A DNA stretch of 38,175 nt from Campylobacterota bacterium. GTDB taxonomy: Bacteria > Campylobacterota > Campylobacteria > Campylobacterales > Sulfurovaceae. The translations under genes and the position numbers were made by a program. The notes under the pieces were generated by a model. That model was not told where the DNA came from. It ran no database searches and saw only the letters and a program-made list of their open reading frames with translations. Each line of letters begins with the position of its first letter. Positions within the stretch are counted from its first letter, which is position 1. The stretch is from assembly GCA_034722955.1 (NCBI GenBank), contig JAYEOM010000085.1, positions 1 through 38,175 of the forward strand, read 5' to 3'. Below, in pieces: positions 9,677-19,927 of the stretch.

Positions 9677-10497
9677 AACTCATACCTTTTACCCATTTTA
9701 TGCAGATAGTAATCCTTGATACCTGCTAGGACCATCATTGTGCGACGCATCTTCTGTTTATGATACCATATTTGTGTTATGATCATTTTTCTTATATAAG
9801 GTACACGAGTTTCAAAATATTCTGGATAGATATTTTGATATCTATTTTTGATATATAGGTGATTTCTTACCATATAATAGAGCCTAGTTGCAGAGTATTT
9901 TACTCTTCCGTCTTCTCCTATTTTGCCTAGAAAATGGTTAACAAAGGTTTTATGGTTCTGTAAAATTATAAAACCCTCTTGTTCTATACGCATACAAAAT
10001 TCATGATCTACCTCATCAATAAAGAGTGCATTATCGAAACCACCCAATGTCAATGCCGTATCAACATTTACTATACTTGCCGAACTCATCACTATAGATA
10101 CAGATCTGTCTTCTGATTGTGACAAAAATTTACTATTGTGCAGAGGTGCATATAGAGCTAAACTATTTTTTTTGGTTTTTTTAAAATCTTCAAGAAAATT
10201 CTCTATCTGTAGAGTATCAAAAAAACTATCTTGATCCATCACCATCAACCAGCTATATCCATCTTGGCTTGCTCTATCTAAGCCAAGATTGTATGCTTTT
10301 GATAATCCTATATTTATAGAAGAGGAGAGGAGTTTGACTTTTTTTTCTCCCAATATTTTTTTTAGAGTATTAGAGGTTGTGGGTGAATTATCTACAATGT
10401 AGAGAGAAGAGATATAGTCTAAATAAGTTTTTATATTCTCATATACACTCTCCGAGGGCTTAAATAGAACCGTAATAGCTGCAATCATCAACAACAT
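9673..10497 (-). CDS. GT2 glycosyltransferase (RfbF-like, putative rhamnosyltransferase)
   Basis: Motifs VDNS, NIGLSKAYN, MDQDS, LFIDEVDHEFC and RLYYMVRN. The start may be 10488. Confidence 0.88.
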   Translation of the reverse strand: MLLMIAAITVLFKPSESVYENIKTYLDYISSLYIVDNSPTTSNTLKKILGEKKVKLLSSSINIGLSKAYNLGLDRASQDGYSWLMVMDQDSFFDTLQIENFLEDFKKTKKNSLALYAPLHNSKFLSQSEDRSVSIVMSSASIVNVDTALTLGGFDNALFIDEVDHEFCMRIEQEGFIILQNHKTFVNHFLGKIGEDGRVKYSATRLYYMVRNHLYIKNRYQNIYPEYFETRVPYIRKMIITQIWYHKQKMRRTMMVLAGIKDYYLHKMGKRYEF

Positions 10498-10559
10498 CTC
10501 TCAAATTTTCTGATAATCATTACTGTCAAACAGACCGCTCTTTTAGCAAATCGATAGAG

Positions 10560-11993
10560 TTACCAGTAGATTACAGTTTTTCGCCGTCCCCAACGCAGTG
10601 CTTTGCGACGATTTGTTCCCATATATATATCTATCCGCTTTGTATATCGTTTATTCATTTTATCGCGAACTGTGTAGTAGCCCGGCAAGCCGTGTATTCT
10701 GACTTTTTTTCCATTACCTAGTCCATACTTGGTGATCAAGTCTCTTGAAACTGCAATGATCTTCATACCAGGTCGTATGCGATTGTTCCAAGCAGCAAGG
10801 AATGGCGTACTATCTGTTTGACCTCTATGAGAGCTGTAGGCAGTTGCTTGAACACGAAGGCTATGTTTGCTCTTTATAGTTTTGACTAGTTTTTTATCAT
10901 ACTCATTTATGATTTTGTTACGCACTCTTTTATTGAGATATTGATATTTCTTTTCTAATTTTTTAGTAAGCTTACTCTGTTTAGTATCTTTTTTTTGTTT
11001 GCCTACAGCAAGATCAATCCTGTATTGAGAGAGTGGTATTATAATCTTCTGTTTTATCTTTAGAGTACTGTTGTGTTCAAGTTCACTATTTACATCGAGT
11101 ATCTGCTTTGTGCGGATATCAAATATACCCGCTATATAATTAAGTGAGTCTCCACTCTCAATAGTATATTTACCATATTTTTTTACTCTTTGGGCTTTTT
11201 CATACTCTGCTAGTCTCTGCTTGGCAGCTCTCTCCTCTTGAGCCAACTTCTCCTTCTCTTGCGTAGCTTTTTTAAGTGCCTCTATCTGTATCTTAAGCTT
11301 CTCTTTCTGAGCGATACTCGCCATCTTTTTTCTAGCCTCTATTTCGGAAATAGTCTTTTCGACGCTCTCCCTCGTTAGTGTAGCTTGTTTAAGTGCCTCT
11401 ATCTGTATCTTAAGCTGCTCTTTCTGAGCGATACTCTGCATCTTTTTTCTAGCCTCTATTTCAGAAATAGTCTTTTCGACAGCCTCTTTTTTCCCTAAAA
11501 TTTTATCCTCTAAGAGAAGTCTCTCTTTTTTCAGTTTTGCCTCTAGCTGCTGCTCTTTTTGAAGTTCAAATCTCTCTTTTTTGAGTTTTAAGAGTTCTAG
11601 GGCTGCTAGCATCTCTTCTCTTTCTCTCTTCTCCTCTTTGACCTGCTTCTCCTCATCCATCTGCTCTATGAGTGGACTAGGCTGACTACCGCTGAATCGT
11701 ACAGAGTCTAGTACTTTATAGTGATTTTCAATCATATCTTCAACACTGACAACTTTTAAAAGTTTAGGTTTAGGCAGAGGCGGAAGTCTCTTTGATATGA
11801 TCAATCGATCACTGCCTCTATCATCAAAATCTCTCTCTAAAGAGAGTTTTGCTGTATACATAAATTTTGATGGATATGGTTTGCACTCTGTTGTTTTAGA
11901 TGTAATGAGACGGCAATCTACCAATTTTTTATTTTCAGCATTAGCATTAACTAAGATAACGATACTACTCAATAGTAAAAGATTTTTCTTCAT
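10560..11993 (-). CDS. Secreted LysM + 3D-domain (MltA-like) peptidoglycan-active protein with a long coiled-coil spacer
   Basis: Signal peptide MKKNLLLLSSIVILVNANA, an E/K/Q-rich coiled coil, a LysM motif (YTIESGDSLNYIA...N...LKIKQKIIIP) and a 3D domain (ATAYSS..TD, IAVSRD, VRDKM, RIDIYM). ATG 11993 is preferred over TTG 12008. Confidence 0.82.
   Translation of the reverse strand: MKKNLLLLSSIVILVNANAENKKLVDCRLITSKTTECKPYPSKFMYTAKLSLERDFDDRGSDRLIISKRLPPLPKPKLLKVVSVEDMIENHYKVLDSVRFSGSQPSPLIEQMDEEKQVKEEKREREEMLAALELLKLKKERFELQKEQQLEAKLKKERLLLEDKILGKKEAVEKTISEIEARKKMQSIAQKEQLKIQIEALKQATLTRESVEKTISEIEARKKMASIAQKEKLKIQIEALKKATQEKEKLAQEERAAKQRLAEYEKAQRVKKYGKYTIESGDSLNYIAGIFDIRTKQILDVNSELEHNSTLKIKQKIIIPLSQYRIDLAVGKQKKDTKQSKLTKKLEKKYQYLNKRVRNKIINEYDKKLVKTIKSKHSLRVQATAYSSHRGQTDSTPFLAAWNNRIRPGMKIIAVSRDLITKYGLGNGKKVRIHGLPGYYTVRDKMNKRYTKRIDIYMGTNRRKALRWGRRKTVIYW
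11263..11480. repeat. Intragenic tandem duplication, 117-bp (39-aa) period
   Basis: 11263-11363 and 11380-11480 are near-identical and encode VEKTISEIEARKKM[QA]SIAQKE[QK]LKIQIEALK[QK]AT twice. Confidence 0.93.
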
Positions 11994-12009
11994 CTTTCTA
12001 GATGTCAAA

Positions 12010-13476
12010 TTATAAGAATTTTAACATCTCCTCCTTTATAGAATTTTTTTCAACGACTACAGTATGCTTGATCTCTCTGTCAAACAGATCATAAATCACA
12101 TCAGGTACACTGACATTAGCATTGGCACTTACCCACTTGAGTGCATCTAAGTCATTTTTGGCTTCATGTCCCAAGGCACGAGAGACAGTAGTGCTAAATT
12201 TCGTCCATTCAGCTGTAGAGTATATGATCGTAGGGATCTTTTTACCTCTAAGATCTCGATAAGCACGAAGAGAGGTTGCTGTATGCGGATCCATTATATA
12301 CCCTTTTTTAGCATACGATGCTATCACCTCTTCACCCTCTCTGTCATCACTATAGCAAGCATCAAAATCTTCTTGTAGAGACTTTAACTCTTCTGGATTA
12401 AGTGAATACTTACCATCTCTATCCAGAGCATCCATCAACTCTTTGGTACGCTCTGCACCAAATTTGTCAAACATAACTCTCTCTATATTTGAACTCTTGA
12501 GAATATCCATAGCTGGAGACTCTGTGAGGATAAGCTCACGATCACTGATGTCATATACACCTCTCCTAATCCAATCTGTCAATATATTATTTATATTGGA
12601 TGCAATCAAAATCTTTTTGATAGGAAGTCCTGCTTTTTTGGCATAATAACCACCTAAAGCATTCCCAAAGTTACCACTTGGAACAGTGAGATATATCTCA
12701 TCACCTAGAGCAATAGTACCTTGACGAACCAACTCAAGATAACTATGTATATGATAAATGATTTGAAATATAATACGACCAAAATTGACAGAATTAGCTG
12801 CTGAGAGTTTGATATTACGTTTTTCAAGTTCATCCTTGAAATCTTGAGAAGCCAAGAGTTCTTTGAGACTGCTCTGTGTATCATCAAAGTTCCCTTTGAC
12901 TCCTATAACTTTGAGATTTTCTGCATCCTCTGTCACCATTTGAAGTCGCTGAACATCACTTGTTCCTCCATCAGGGTAGAGGCAGGCTACTTTTATATTG
13001 GGTTGATTTTTAAAAGTTTCGAGTGTCGCTGGTCCTGTATCTCCGCTGGTAGCAGCCATGATCAGATAGTTCTCGTCCCGTTCCTGAGCCAATTTACTGA
13101 GAATATAACCAAATGGCTGAAGTGCCATATCTTTAAAAGCACGCGTCTGCCCATGATAGAGTTCACTCACAAAACAGTCTGTCTCTATCTGAACCAATGG
13201 GACAGGATTTGATGGCTCATCAAACTCATCATAACGATCAAGAGCTTTGGATATCGTGGATGGATCGACATCGATCTCAAAATTTTGTAATAGATCAGCA
13301 GCCAACTCTTTGTAGTGGCTATCTAAGTGTTTGTTTAAAAATGATATCCCCAAATCTGGGAGTGATTCTGGTACATAGAGTCCTCCATAGCTGGCACTTG
13401 GATTTAAAATTGCATCTGAAAAATTTATTTTTGGAGCTCTTTTACCATTATTACCCCGTGTTTCGATAAAGTACAT
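12010..13476 (-). CDS. thrC: Threonine synthase
   Basis: GGLYVP, PLP-lysine motif ELYHGQTRAFKDMAL, ATSGDTG, SAANSVNFGR, VPSGNFGN and DPHTA. Confidence 0.97.
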   Translation of the reverse strand: MYFIETRGNNGKRAPKINFSDAILNPSASYGGLYVPESLPDLGISFLNKHLDSHYKELAADLLQNFEIDVDPSTISKALDRYDEFDEPSNPVPLVQIETDCFVSELYHGQTRAFKDMALQPFGYILSKLAQERDENYLIMAATSGDTGPATLETFKNQPNIKVACLYPDGGTSDVQRLQMVTEDAENLKVIGVKGNFDDTQSSLKELLASQDFKDELEKRNIKLSAANSVNFGRIIFQIIYHIHSYLELVRQGTIALGDEIYLTVPSGNFGNALGGYYAKKAGLPIKKILIASNINNILTDWIRRGVYDISDRELILTESPAMDILKSSNIERVMFDKFGAERTKELMDALDRDGKYSLNPEELKSLQEDFDACYSDDREGEEVIASYAKKGYIMDPHTATSLRAYRDLRGKKIPTIIYSTAEWTKFSTTVSRALGHEAKNDLDALKWVSANANVSVPDVIYDLFDREIKHTVVVEKNSIKEEMLKFL

Positions 13477-13559
13477 TCGATTCTACCCTGTTTTTTTATT
13501 CTTATTATAGCTAAAAATTTACACTAAAAAATTGTTTTTTGCCCCCTAATAGTTTGAGA

Positions 13560-13949
13560 CTAAGCCTCTTCCATCAAAACAGTGATGATATCTGTCATGG
13601 TTAGCATACCTTGCAGTTCATTATTATCTATCACCAATAGTCGCTTTATGCTCTCTCTCACCATCATTCTAGCTGCATATTTAACATCTAGCTGTGTTGA
13701 TACTGAGATTGATGGTGAGACTGCAATATCATAAACATTGAGTAGATCTATATCACCCTCTTCTGCTACAATACTCTGTAGGATATTTTTGAATGTGATC
13801 AATCCATATGCTCCATGGATACCATTTTTCTCTACCACCAATGAGCGAACACGATGCCTCTTCATCATCTTTAGTGCTTCTCTTACTGTAGACATTTGTG
13901 GTACTATGACTAACGCTTCATGTTTTGTCATTATCTCTTCAACTAACAT
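13560..13949 (-). CDS. Stand-alone CBS-pair protein
   Basis: V.EIMT..., TVREAL.MM....RSLVV, GLIT..NI, second CBS ending GMLTMTDI. Confidence 0.9.
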   Translation of the reverse strand: MLVEEIMTKHEALVIVPQMSTVREALKMMKRHRVRSLVVEKNGIHGAYGLITFKNILQSIVAEEGDIDLLNVYDIAVSPSISVSTQLDVKYAARMMVRESIKRLLVIDNNELQGMLTMTDIITVLMEEA

Positions 13950-13967
13950 TTATACTCCCTTTTAGAT

Positions 13968-14318
13968 TTATAATAGATGACGAACATCATCTTCAAATTT
14001 ATGCAACTCTTCTAAGTCCAACCCTGCTACATGGCTCACTGGTATAGTAAATGCCAAGCTACTATTTTCAGGATTTTCTAAATCACATGTTGCCTTGATT
14101 GCGCGCAGTACTTTGAGTGATACTCTAAGAGGCAAGACAAATACAAGTACAGAGACATTCTCCTCTAGTGTTAAGCCAAAAAAGATCTTTTTCTCTACAA
14201 GTCCTAGATTTCTACCATGCAAAATCGTTACACTTCCAGCTCCAGCCTCTTTTGCAACTTTGATAGCCTCCTCTTCCTGTTTGTCTTCAACAACGACAAT
14301 TAATGCACTAAATTTCAT
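13968..14318 (-). CDS. P-II-like signal transduction protein (non-canonical)
   Basis: 116 aa with a P-II-type layout: [25 protein letters not shown] and [12 protein letters not shown]. Overlaps the DUF1538 stop (ATGA). Confidence 0.85.
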   Translation of the reverse strand: MKFSALIVVVEDKQEEEAIKVAKEAGAGSVTILHGRNLGLVEKKIFFGLTLEENVSVLVFVLPLRVSLKVLRAIKATCDLENPENSSLAFTIPVSHVAGLDLEELHKFEDDVRHLL

Positions 14319-15838
14319 GTTTTCTCCTGTTGTTTAATTCTTTTTTTCTTAAACTCTACATAAGTACTATAGATCATCACTGTCAACATTGGGAAAAGCG
14401 AAGCAAATGCAATGAGTCCAAATCCATCTATGAGAGGGTTTCTCCCCTCAATATTTTCTGCCAAGCCCAAGCCTAGAGCTGCTACCAATGGAACAGTAAC
14501 AGTAGATGTCGTAACTCCTCCGCTATCATATGCAATAGGAATGATATATTTGGGAGAAAAGTAGGTCATCACAATTACCAAGATATAACCCACTATAATA
14601 TAGTAGTGTATAGGGTCACCGGCAACTATACGATAAGAGCCAAGAGCGATTCCTATCGCTACACCTATCGCTACAACACTCCGTAGTATATTTTGCTTGA
14701 TATTTCCTCCACTAATCTCCTCAGCTTTTATAGCGATTGCCAACAGTGCCGGCTCTGCCATAGTCGTCGAAAAACCAATCAAAAAGGCAAATAGGTAGAT
14801 GAGCAAGTTATTTTTCATAGCTGTGAGTTGAAATGCTATCGTCTCACCTATAGGGAATAGCCCCATATCCAGACCAACAATAAAGGCATAAAGTCCTAAA
14901 ATAACCAATACCATTCCCGCCATAATTTTTGGGAGGTGTGCTACAGGTTTTCGTATCACGAGATACTGAAAGAAAAAGATGACTACCAATATCGGCAGAA
15001 CATCCATGACTACATCCAAAAGATCTAGCATGATATCAAACCACTTAAATTGATATGGTGTTAGCATTTCAACTTTTTTAACAACTTCTTCTGAAGCATT
15101 GACAACTTTTTCAGTAATAGTAGCTGCAGAAGAGTAGACGATGATTCCATATGCCTGCACAAATATCATCGGCATCAGAGAGGCAAATGCGATAAGACCA
15201 AAACCATCAATCGCAGGGTTACGACCTTTGATACTCGAAGCAAGCCCGATACCTAGAGCCGCGACTAGAGGAACAGTCACTGTAGAGGTTGTTACGCCAC
15301 CGCTATCGTATGCCAAACCTATGATCTCTTTGGGTGCAAAGAAGGTGATAACCACTACAATCACATATCCTGAGATGATATAGTACTGTATAGGATGACC
15401 AAGCAAAATTCTAAGAGTACCCAGTGCTATAGCGAAGCCTACAGAGAGTGCAACGGTCATTCTCAAAAAGAAAGCATCTATAAGTCCATTGCTGATAAGA
15501 GCTGCTTTATCTGCGATAGCTATCAGGGCAGGCTCTGCTACAGTAGTAGAAAATCCTATAGTAAAAGCAAAAAGAAGTAGCCAAAATAGAGAACCTTTTT
15601 TGGCAAACTCCTCTGCAAGATTTTCACCGATCGGAAAGATCCCCAGCTCCAATCCGCGAATAAAAAGTGCCAACCCAACTGCAACGATAAATAGTCCTAT
15701 AACAATAGAGACTAAATTGTCAGGCACTGCCTGAACAACAAAAATTTGGAAAAAAGCCACAACTACTACTATAGGAACAAGATCCTTAAAGGAGTTGCGA
15801 AGGTCTCCATAAAATATTTTTAAACTCTCCTGTATCAT
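14315..15838 (-). CDS. DUF1538 family integral membrane protein, two fused homologous halves (putative transporter)
   Basis: Two copies of GLxxGxFPIGE, GFSTTx[26 protein letters not shown] and [16 protein letters not shown]. Highly hydrophobic. Confidence 0.9.
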   Translation of the reverse strand: MIQESLKIFYGDLRNSFKDLVPIVVVVAFFQIFVVQAVPDNLVSIVIGLFIVAVGLALFIRGLELGIFPIGENLAEEFAKKGSLFWLLLFAFTIGFSTTVAEPALIAIADKAALISNGLIDAFFLRMTVALSVGFAIALGTLRILLGHPIQYYIISGYVIVVVITFFAPKEIIGLAYDSGGVTTSTVTVPLVAALGIGLASSIKGRNPAIDGFGLIAFASLMPMIFVQAYGIIVYSSAATITEKVVNASEEVVKKVEMLTPYQFKWFDIMLDLLDVVMDVLPILVVIFFFQYLVIRKPVAHLPKIMAGMVLVILGLYAFIVGLDMGLFPIGETIAFQLTAMKNNLLIYLFAFLIGFSTTMAEPALLAIAIKAEEISGGNIKQNILRSVVAIGVAIGIALGSYRIVAGDPIHYYIIVGYILVIVMTYFSPKYIIPIAYDSGGVTTSTVTVPLVAALGLGLAENIEGRNPLIDGFGLIAFASLFPMLTVMIYSTYVEFKKKRIKQQEKT

Positions 15839-15841
15839 ATA

Positions 15842-17029
15842 CTACTGTTTCCGTAACTTTAAAAGATAAAAATCTTTTGAATTGCTCTCACTATCACTCT
15901 CTCCTACCACTACAATATCCCCATCGCTTGTTCGGGTAATCCCATGTGCAATATCGGTATTGCGTCCACCATAGAGACCAGACCAAAATAGATCACCCTC
16001 TCTATCCAGTGCAATAATATATAGATCATAGACTCCCTCTCCCATAGAGTCAGTCCCCCCAGCAATTACAAAATCACCATCTCTAGTCATCGTCACAGCA
16101 TTACCAAAGTCATATCGTTTATAACCATAGATTTTATGCCAAATCAACTTGCCATCTTTGCTAAACTTCATCACACTTAGATCAGTCTGTTTGCTTCCAA
16201 AAGAGCGTGTATAGCCTGTAGCTACTACGCCTCCATCGAGTGTCGGTGTGACGGAGTTGAGGATATCCTCATACTCGCCACCATAGGATCTAGCCCAGAT
16301 TTTTTTGGCATTCTGATCCATCTTGAGGAGGAAGAAGTCACTATCTCCTGCACGATCCAATTCACGAGAGCCAACCAAAACCAGACTTCCGTCACGCGTT
16401 CTAGTCAAAGCACGCACCAGCTCCTCTCTCTCTCCGCCGATACTCTTCTCTGAAAGTTTATGTCCATCTCTGTCCATCTTGACGATATAGAGATCCTTGT
16501 AGCCATTACCAAAAGACTCTGTCTCACCCACTACTATAGCACCACCATCATCCGTGCCGGCAATGGCTCGTCCAAACTCAGCTCTCTCTGCTCCAAAAGT
16601 AGTCTGCCAAAGTGCCTTGCCATCAAGTGATAGTTTTGCAACATAGATATCACGATCTCTATTTTTGCTAAAAGATCTGCTTGTACCTACGACTAAAATA
16701 GACCCATCTTTTGCTCTAGATATACCTGACGCTATATCTATATTTTTACCGCCAAGCATCGTACGCCATACTGTTTTCCCTTTGGAGTTGACACGCGTTA
16801 CACATATGTCACTCTGTTGGGCTCCAAATGATTTACAACTCCCCGCTACAGCAACTGCACCATCTTCTAGTGCTACTACTGCTACAGCTCTATCTGTATC
16901 ACCGCCACCATATACCTCTTGCCATATCTTCTCAAAAGTTCTGCTCTTCTCACTCTTTTGCAGACTCTCTCCATAAGCTGTAGTAAAAAATAGAACTACT
17001 CCTATGGCTACTAATATCTTCTGTTTCAC
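15842..17029 (-). CDS. Secreted 7-bladed beta-propeller repeat protein
   Basis: Signal peptide followed by seven repeats of about 52 aa: W..xYGG...D.......DG..vv.G...SfG....D.yi.Kld..G. GTG start with GAGGGG RBS. Confidence 0.82.
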   Translation of the reverse strand: MKQKILVAIGVVLFFTTAYGESLQKSEKSRTFEKIWQEVYGGGDTDRAVAVVALEDGAVAVAGSCKSFGAQQSDICVTRVNSKGKTVWRTMLGGKNIDIASGISRAKDGSILVVGTSRSFSKNRDRDIYVAKLSLDGKALWQTTFGAERAEFGRAIAGTDDGGAIVVGETESFGNGYKDLYIVKMDRDGHKLSEKSIGGEREELVRALTRTRDGSLVLVGSRELDRAGDSDFFLLKMDQNAKKIWARSYGGEYEDILNSVTPTLDGGVVATGYTRSFGSKQTDLSVMKFSKDGKLIWHKIYGYKRYDFGNAVTMTRDGDFVIAGGTDSMGEGVYDLYIIALDREGDLFWSGLYGGRNTDIAHGITRTSDGDIVVVGESDSESNSKDFYLLKLRKQ

Positions 17030-17050
17030 TGTTAACCCCCTCTATTTAAA

Positions 17051-19924
17051 CTATTTTTTTTGTCTATTTTTAGAAAATTTGATAAATTCATCACTAGATA
17101 AAGGTTTACTAAAGTAGTATCCTTGACCATAATCACACCCTCTATCTACAAGAAAATCTTCCTGCTCTATATTCTCAATCCCCTCTGCTATCACCTTGTA
17201 TCCTAAACTATGAGACAATGTTAGAATTGCCATAGAGACCTCTACATCATTAGAGCTAGTAGGAAGATCATCTATAAATGATTTATCAATTTTTATCTTA
17301 TCCAGTGCTAAACTCTTGAGATAACTCATAGAGGAGTATCCAGTACCAAAATCATCTATAGATATTTGACAACCCATATTTTGAAACTCATCAATTATAT
17401 TGAGATTCTCTTCAGTATACTCCATCATGCACCGTTCTGTAATCTCAAATTCGATATTTTGCGGTGAAATACCCACTTTGTCAACAATATATTTAAATTT
17501 TTCAAGCATATTTTCTTGTCGAAACTGTACAGTTGAGAGGTTGATAGCTATCCAATCAGGTGCAACACCCTCTTCGACCCAGTGCAGATATGCCTTGGAT
17601 GCCTCCTCTAGAATATAATAACCAATAGATATAATAATCCCAGTCTCTTCTGCGATGGGGATAAACTTTTCAGGTGAAACTTTTCCTAAAATGGGACTGT
17701 TCCATCTCAAAAGAGCTTCTGCACCGCATATTTTTTTACTCATCAGATCATACTGAGGCTGATAACATAGAGAGAGTTCATCTTTTTCTAGTGCATATAG
17801 CAGCTCTTGCTCCAGATCCAATCTGGTTTGAACATCAGAAGAGAGCTGTACTGTATAAAATCGATAATTATCCTTGCCCATCTCTTTGGCATGATACATT
17901 GCACTATCTGCGTGTTTGATAAGCATACTCTTCTCTAGTCCATCTTCAGGGTAGAGGGCTATACCGATACTGCCTGTCGTAGTAAGATGATAATTTTTTA
18001 CATCTATGGGCTTTCGAATAGTAGAGAGTATTCTATTGGCCATAATATTAACACTCTTTTTATCATTGAGTGCATTCATAATGACAATAAATTCATCTCC
18101 GCCAAAACGGGCAACAGTATCATTCTCCCCCATAATATTTTTGAGACGCTTGGATAACTCTATCAGCATACCATCACCAATATCGTGTCCTAGAGTATCA
18201 TTGATCACCTTGAAACGGTCGAGATCTATAAAAAGAATGGCTATCATTGAAGAGTCTGTTTTTGCTAATTCTAAAATGTCATTGAGCTCTCTATCGACTT
18301 GTGATCTATTAGGCAGTTGTGTCAACTCATCATGGTAAGCAAGAAAATCTGCCTTCTCCTCCATCTCAATAATCTCTTCAAGATTTGTATATATTGCGAT
18401 AAAGTTTTCTATCTGATTCTCTCTATTTCTAACTACCGTAATAGTTAGCCATACAGGAAGTATTTTGCCACTTTTGGTTAAGTTATGTATCTTCCCAGAC
18501 CATTTGTTTTTTAGCTCCAACGCACTCCACATTTTTTTATAAAAAAGTTTGTCCTGCTTGGATGATCTAACAATCAGAGGCTGTTCCCCTATAAGTTCAT
18601 CCTCTCTATACCCAAACATTTGGATAAATGCGGGATTGGCAGAGAGGATATTTTGTTGTGCATCTGTGATGATGATACCATCTCCGATCATCTCGTAGAC
18701 TACAGCAGACTGCTGTAGCTTCTGTTGTGTTTTGATATACTCTGTGATATCAAGTTTGATCGCCAAATACTGTACCAGTTCATCATCTACTATGATCGGT
18801 ACAATAGAAGCCTTCTCATAAAGTAGTAGACCATCTTTTCGCCTGTTGATAAACTCCCCTTGCCACTTCTCACCACGATCCAATGTCTCATTCAACTCTT
18901 TATAAAATTGGTCATCAAGAAGATCAGATTTTAAAATATTTGGATTTTTACCCAATACTTCATCTCTTGTATATCCTGTATGTACTTCAAAAGAGTCATT
19001 TGTATATTGTATATTACGGTCTGCGTCTGTGATGACTATGGAGTTATCGCTATTCTCTATAGCATAACGGAATGCTTTTAATTCAACCGATGTTTGCCTC
19101 ACGCGTCGGTAGATATAGAAGAGTATGAATAGAATCAAAAAAGCCAATAGAAAGAAGACTAGAGTAATGTTTTTTTGCTGTTTTAGATTGTCATAGTACT
19201 GTTTTGACAGATATTCATTTAGTCTCTTGATCTCAATCAGAAGATCTCTATTGTCACTCAGTATCACTGTCTTTTTGAGATCATTGGTATCTAAAAAAAA
19301 TCTAGTTATATGCTGATAAAAATATTTAAACTCTCTCTTCTCTATGCCATAAAGCTTCAACACTTCTATATTACTATTTAAGGTCTCTAAATCAATAGGT
19401 AGATCCATCAAAGTTTTGCTTAACCTAAAAAATACCTCATCTAGCAGCTCCTGTTTTTTTCTATCCTTCTCCTTGGCATATTTTTTATTGATAGTTTTTC
19501 GAAGATCGAAAAGATAGTGTATAGCATTTGTTGTTCGCGTATTGAGTGACTTGAATTTTTCTACGAGTACCACTTTCTCTTGAAATGTCTTGTCAATTAT
19601 ATTTATCTTGCAGATACTCTCTTCTCCAAAATCATCACCTATGCTACTCTCTTTTAGATAATCTAGTGCCTCTTTAAAGTTATCAATACTCTTTGAGATA
19701 ATATCAAAATCAACATAACGAAAAGACTCTAGAAATAACTTTTTGATCTCCAGATCAGATGCAGTCATGATTTGCAACTTATGCTGATAAGTTGAATAGT
19801 CTTTTACCTCTCTGTCAATCTTCTGCAGATAGAGGAAAAGTGAAGCAAGCAGTAGTGCAAAGAAGATAAGCATGAGAAGGAAAGGATCTATCCGTTTCTG
19901 CCAAAATGTATGATTGTGTACCAT
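17051..19924 (-). CDS. Membrane sensor diguanylate cyclase/phosphodiesterase: TM-DAHL-like-TM-PAS-PAS-GGDEF-EAL
   Basis: Two TM helices flank a helical periplasmic domain with FKSLNTRTTNAIHYL (DAHL-like). Two PAS domains (IVITD..N..F...TGY..EVLGKNP..LKS..W.GE..N), then ARFGGDEF, EALLRW and DDFGTGYSS. Confidence 0.92.
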   Translation of the reverse strand: MVHNHTFWQKRIDPFLLMLIFFALLLASLFLYLQKIDREVKDYSTYQHKLQIMTASDLEIKKLFLESFRYVDFDIISKSIDNFKEALDYLKESSIGDDFGEESICKINIIDKTFQEKVVLVEKFKSLNTRTTNAIHYLFDLRKTINKKYAKEKDRKKQELLDEVFFRLSKTLMDLPIDLETLNSNIEVLKLYGIEKREFKYFYQHITRFFLDTNDLKKTVILSDNRDLLIEIKRLNEYLSKQYYDNLKQQKNITLVFFLLAFLILFILFYIYRRVRQTSVELKAFRYAIENSDNSIVITDADRNIQYTNDSFEVHTGYTRDEVLGKNPNILKSDLLDDQFYKELNETLDRGEKWQGEFINRRKDGLLLYEKASIVPIIVDDELVQYLAIKLDITEYIKTQQKLQQSAVVYEMIGDGIIITDAQQNILSANPAFIQMFGYREDELIGEQPLIVRSSKQDKLFYKKMWSALELKNKWSGKIHNLTKSGKILPVWLTITVVRNRENQIENFIAIYTNLEEIIEMEEKADFLAYHDELTQLPNRSQVDRELNDILELAKTDSSMIAILFIDLDRFKVINDTLGHDIGDGMLIELSKRLKNIMGENDTVARFGGDEFIVIMNALNDKKSVNIMANRILSTIRKPIDVKNYHLTTTGSIGIALYPEDGLEKSMLIKHADSAMYHAKEMGKDNYRFYTVQLSSDVQTRLDLEQELLYALEKDELSLCYQPQYDLMSKKICGAEALLRWNSPILGKVSPEKFIPIAEETGIIISIGYYILEEASKAYLHWVEEGVAPDWIAINLSTVQFRQENMLEKFKYIVDKVGISPQNIEFEITERCMMEYTEENLNIIDEFQNMGCQISIDDFGTGYSSMSYLKSLALDKIKIDKSFIDDLPTSSNDVEVSMAILTLSHSLGYKVIAEGIENIEQEDFLVDRGCDYGQGYYFSKPLSSDEFIKFSKNRQKK

Positions 19925-19927
19925 AGT

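Noticed and set aside
10511..10525. Fur-box-like TGATAATCATTACTG upstream of the GT2 gene
   Set aside because: It is only a partial match in AT-rich DNA and there is no iron-related context.
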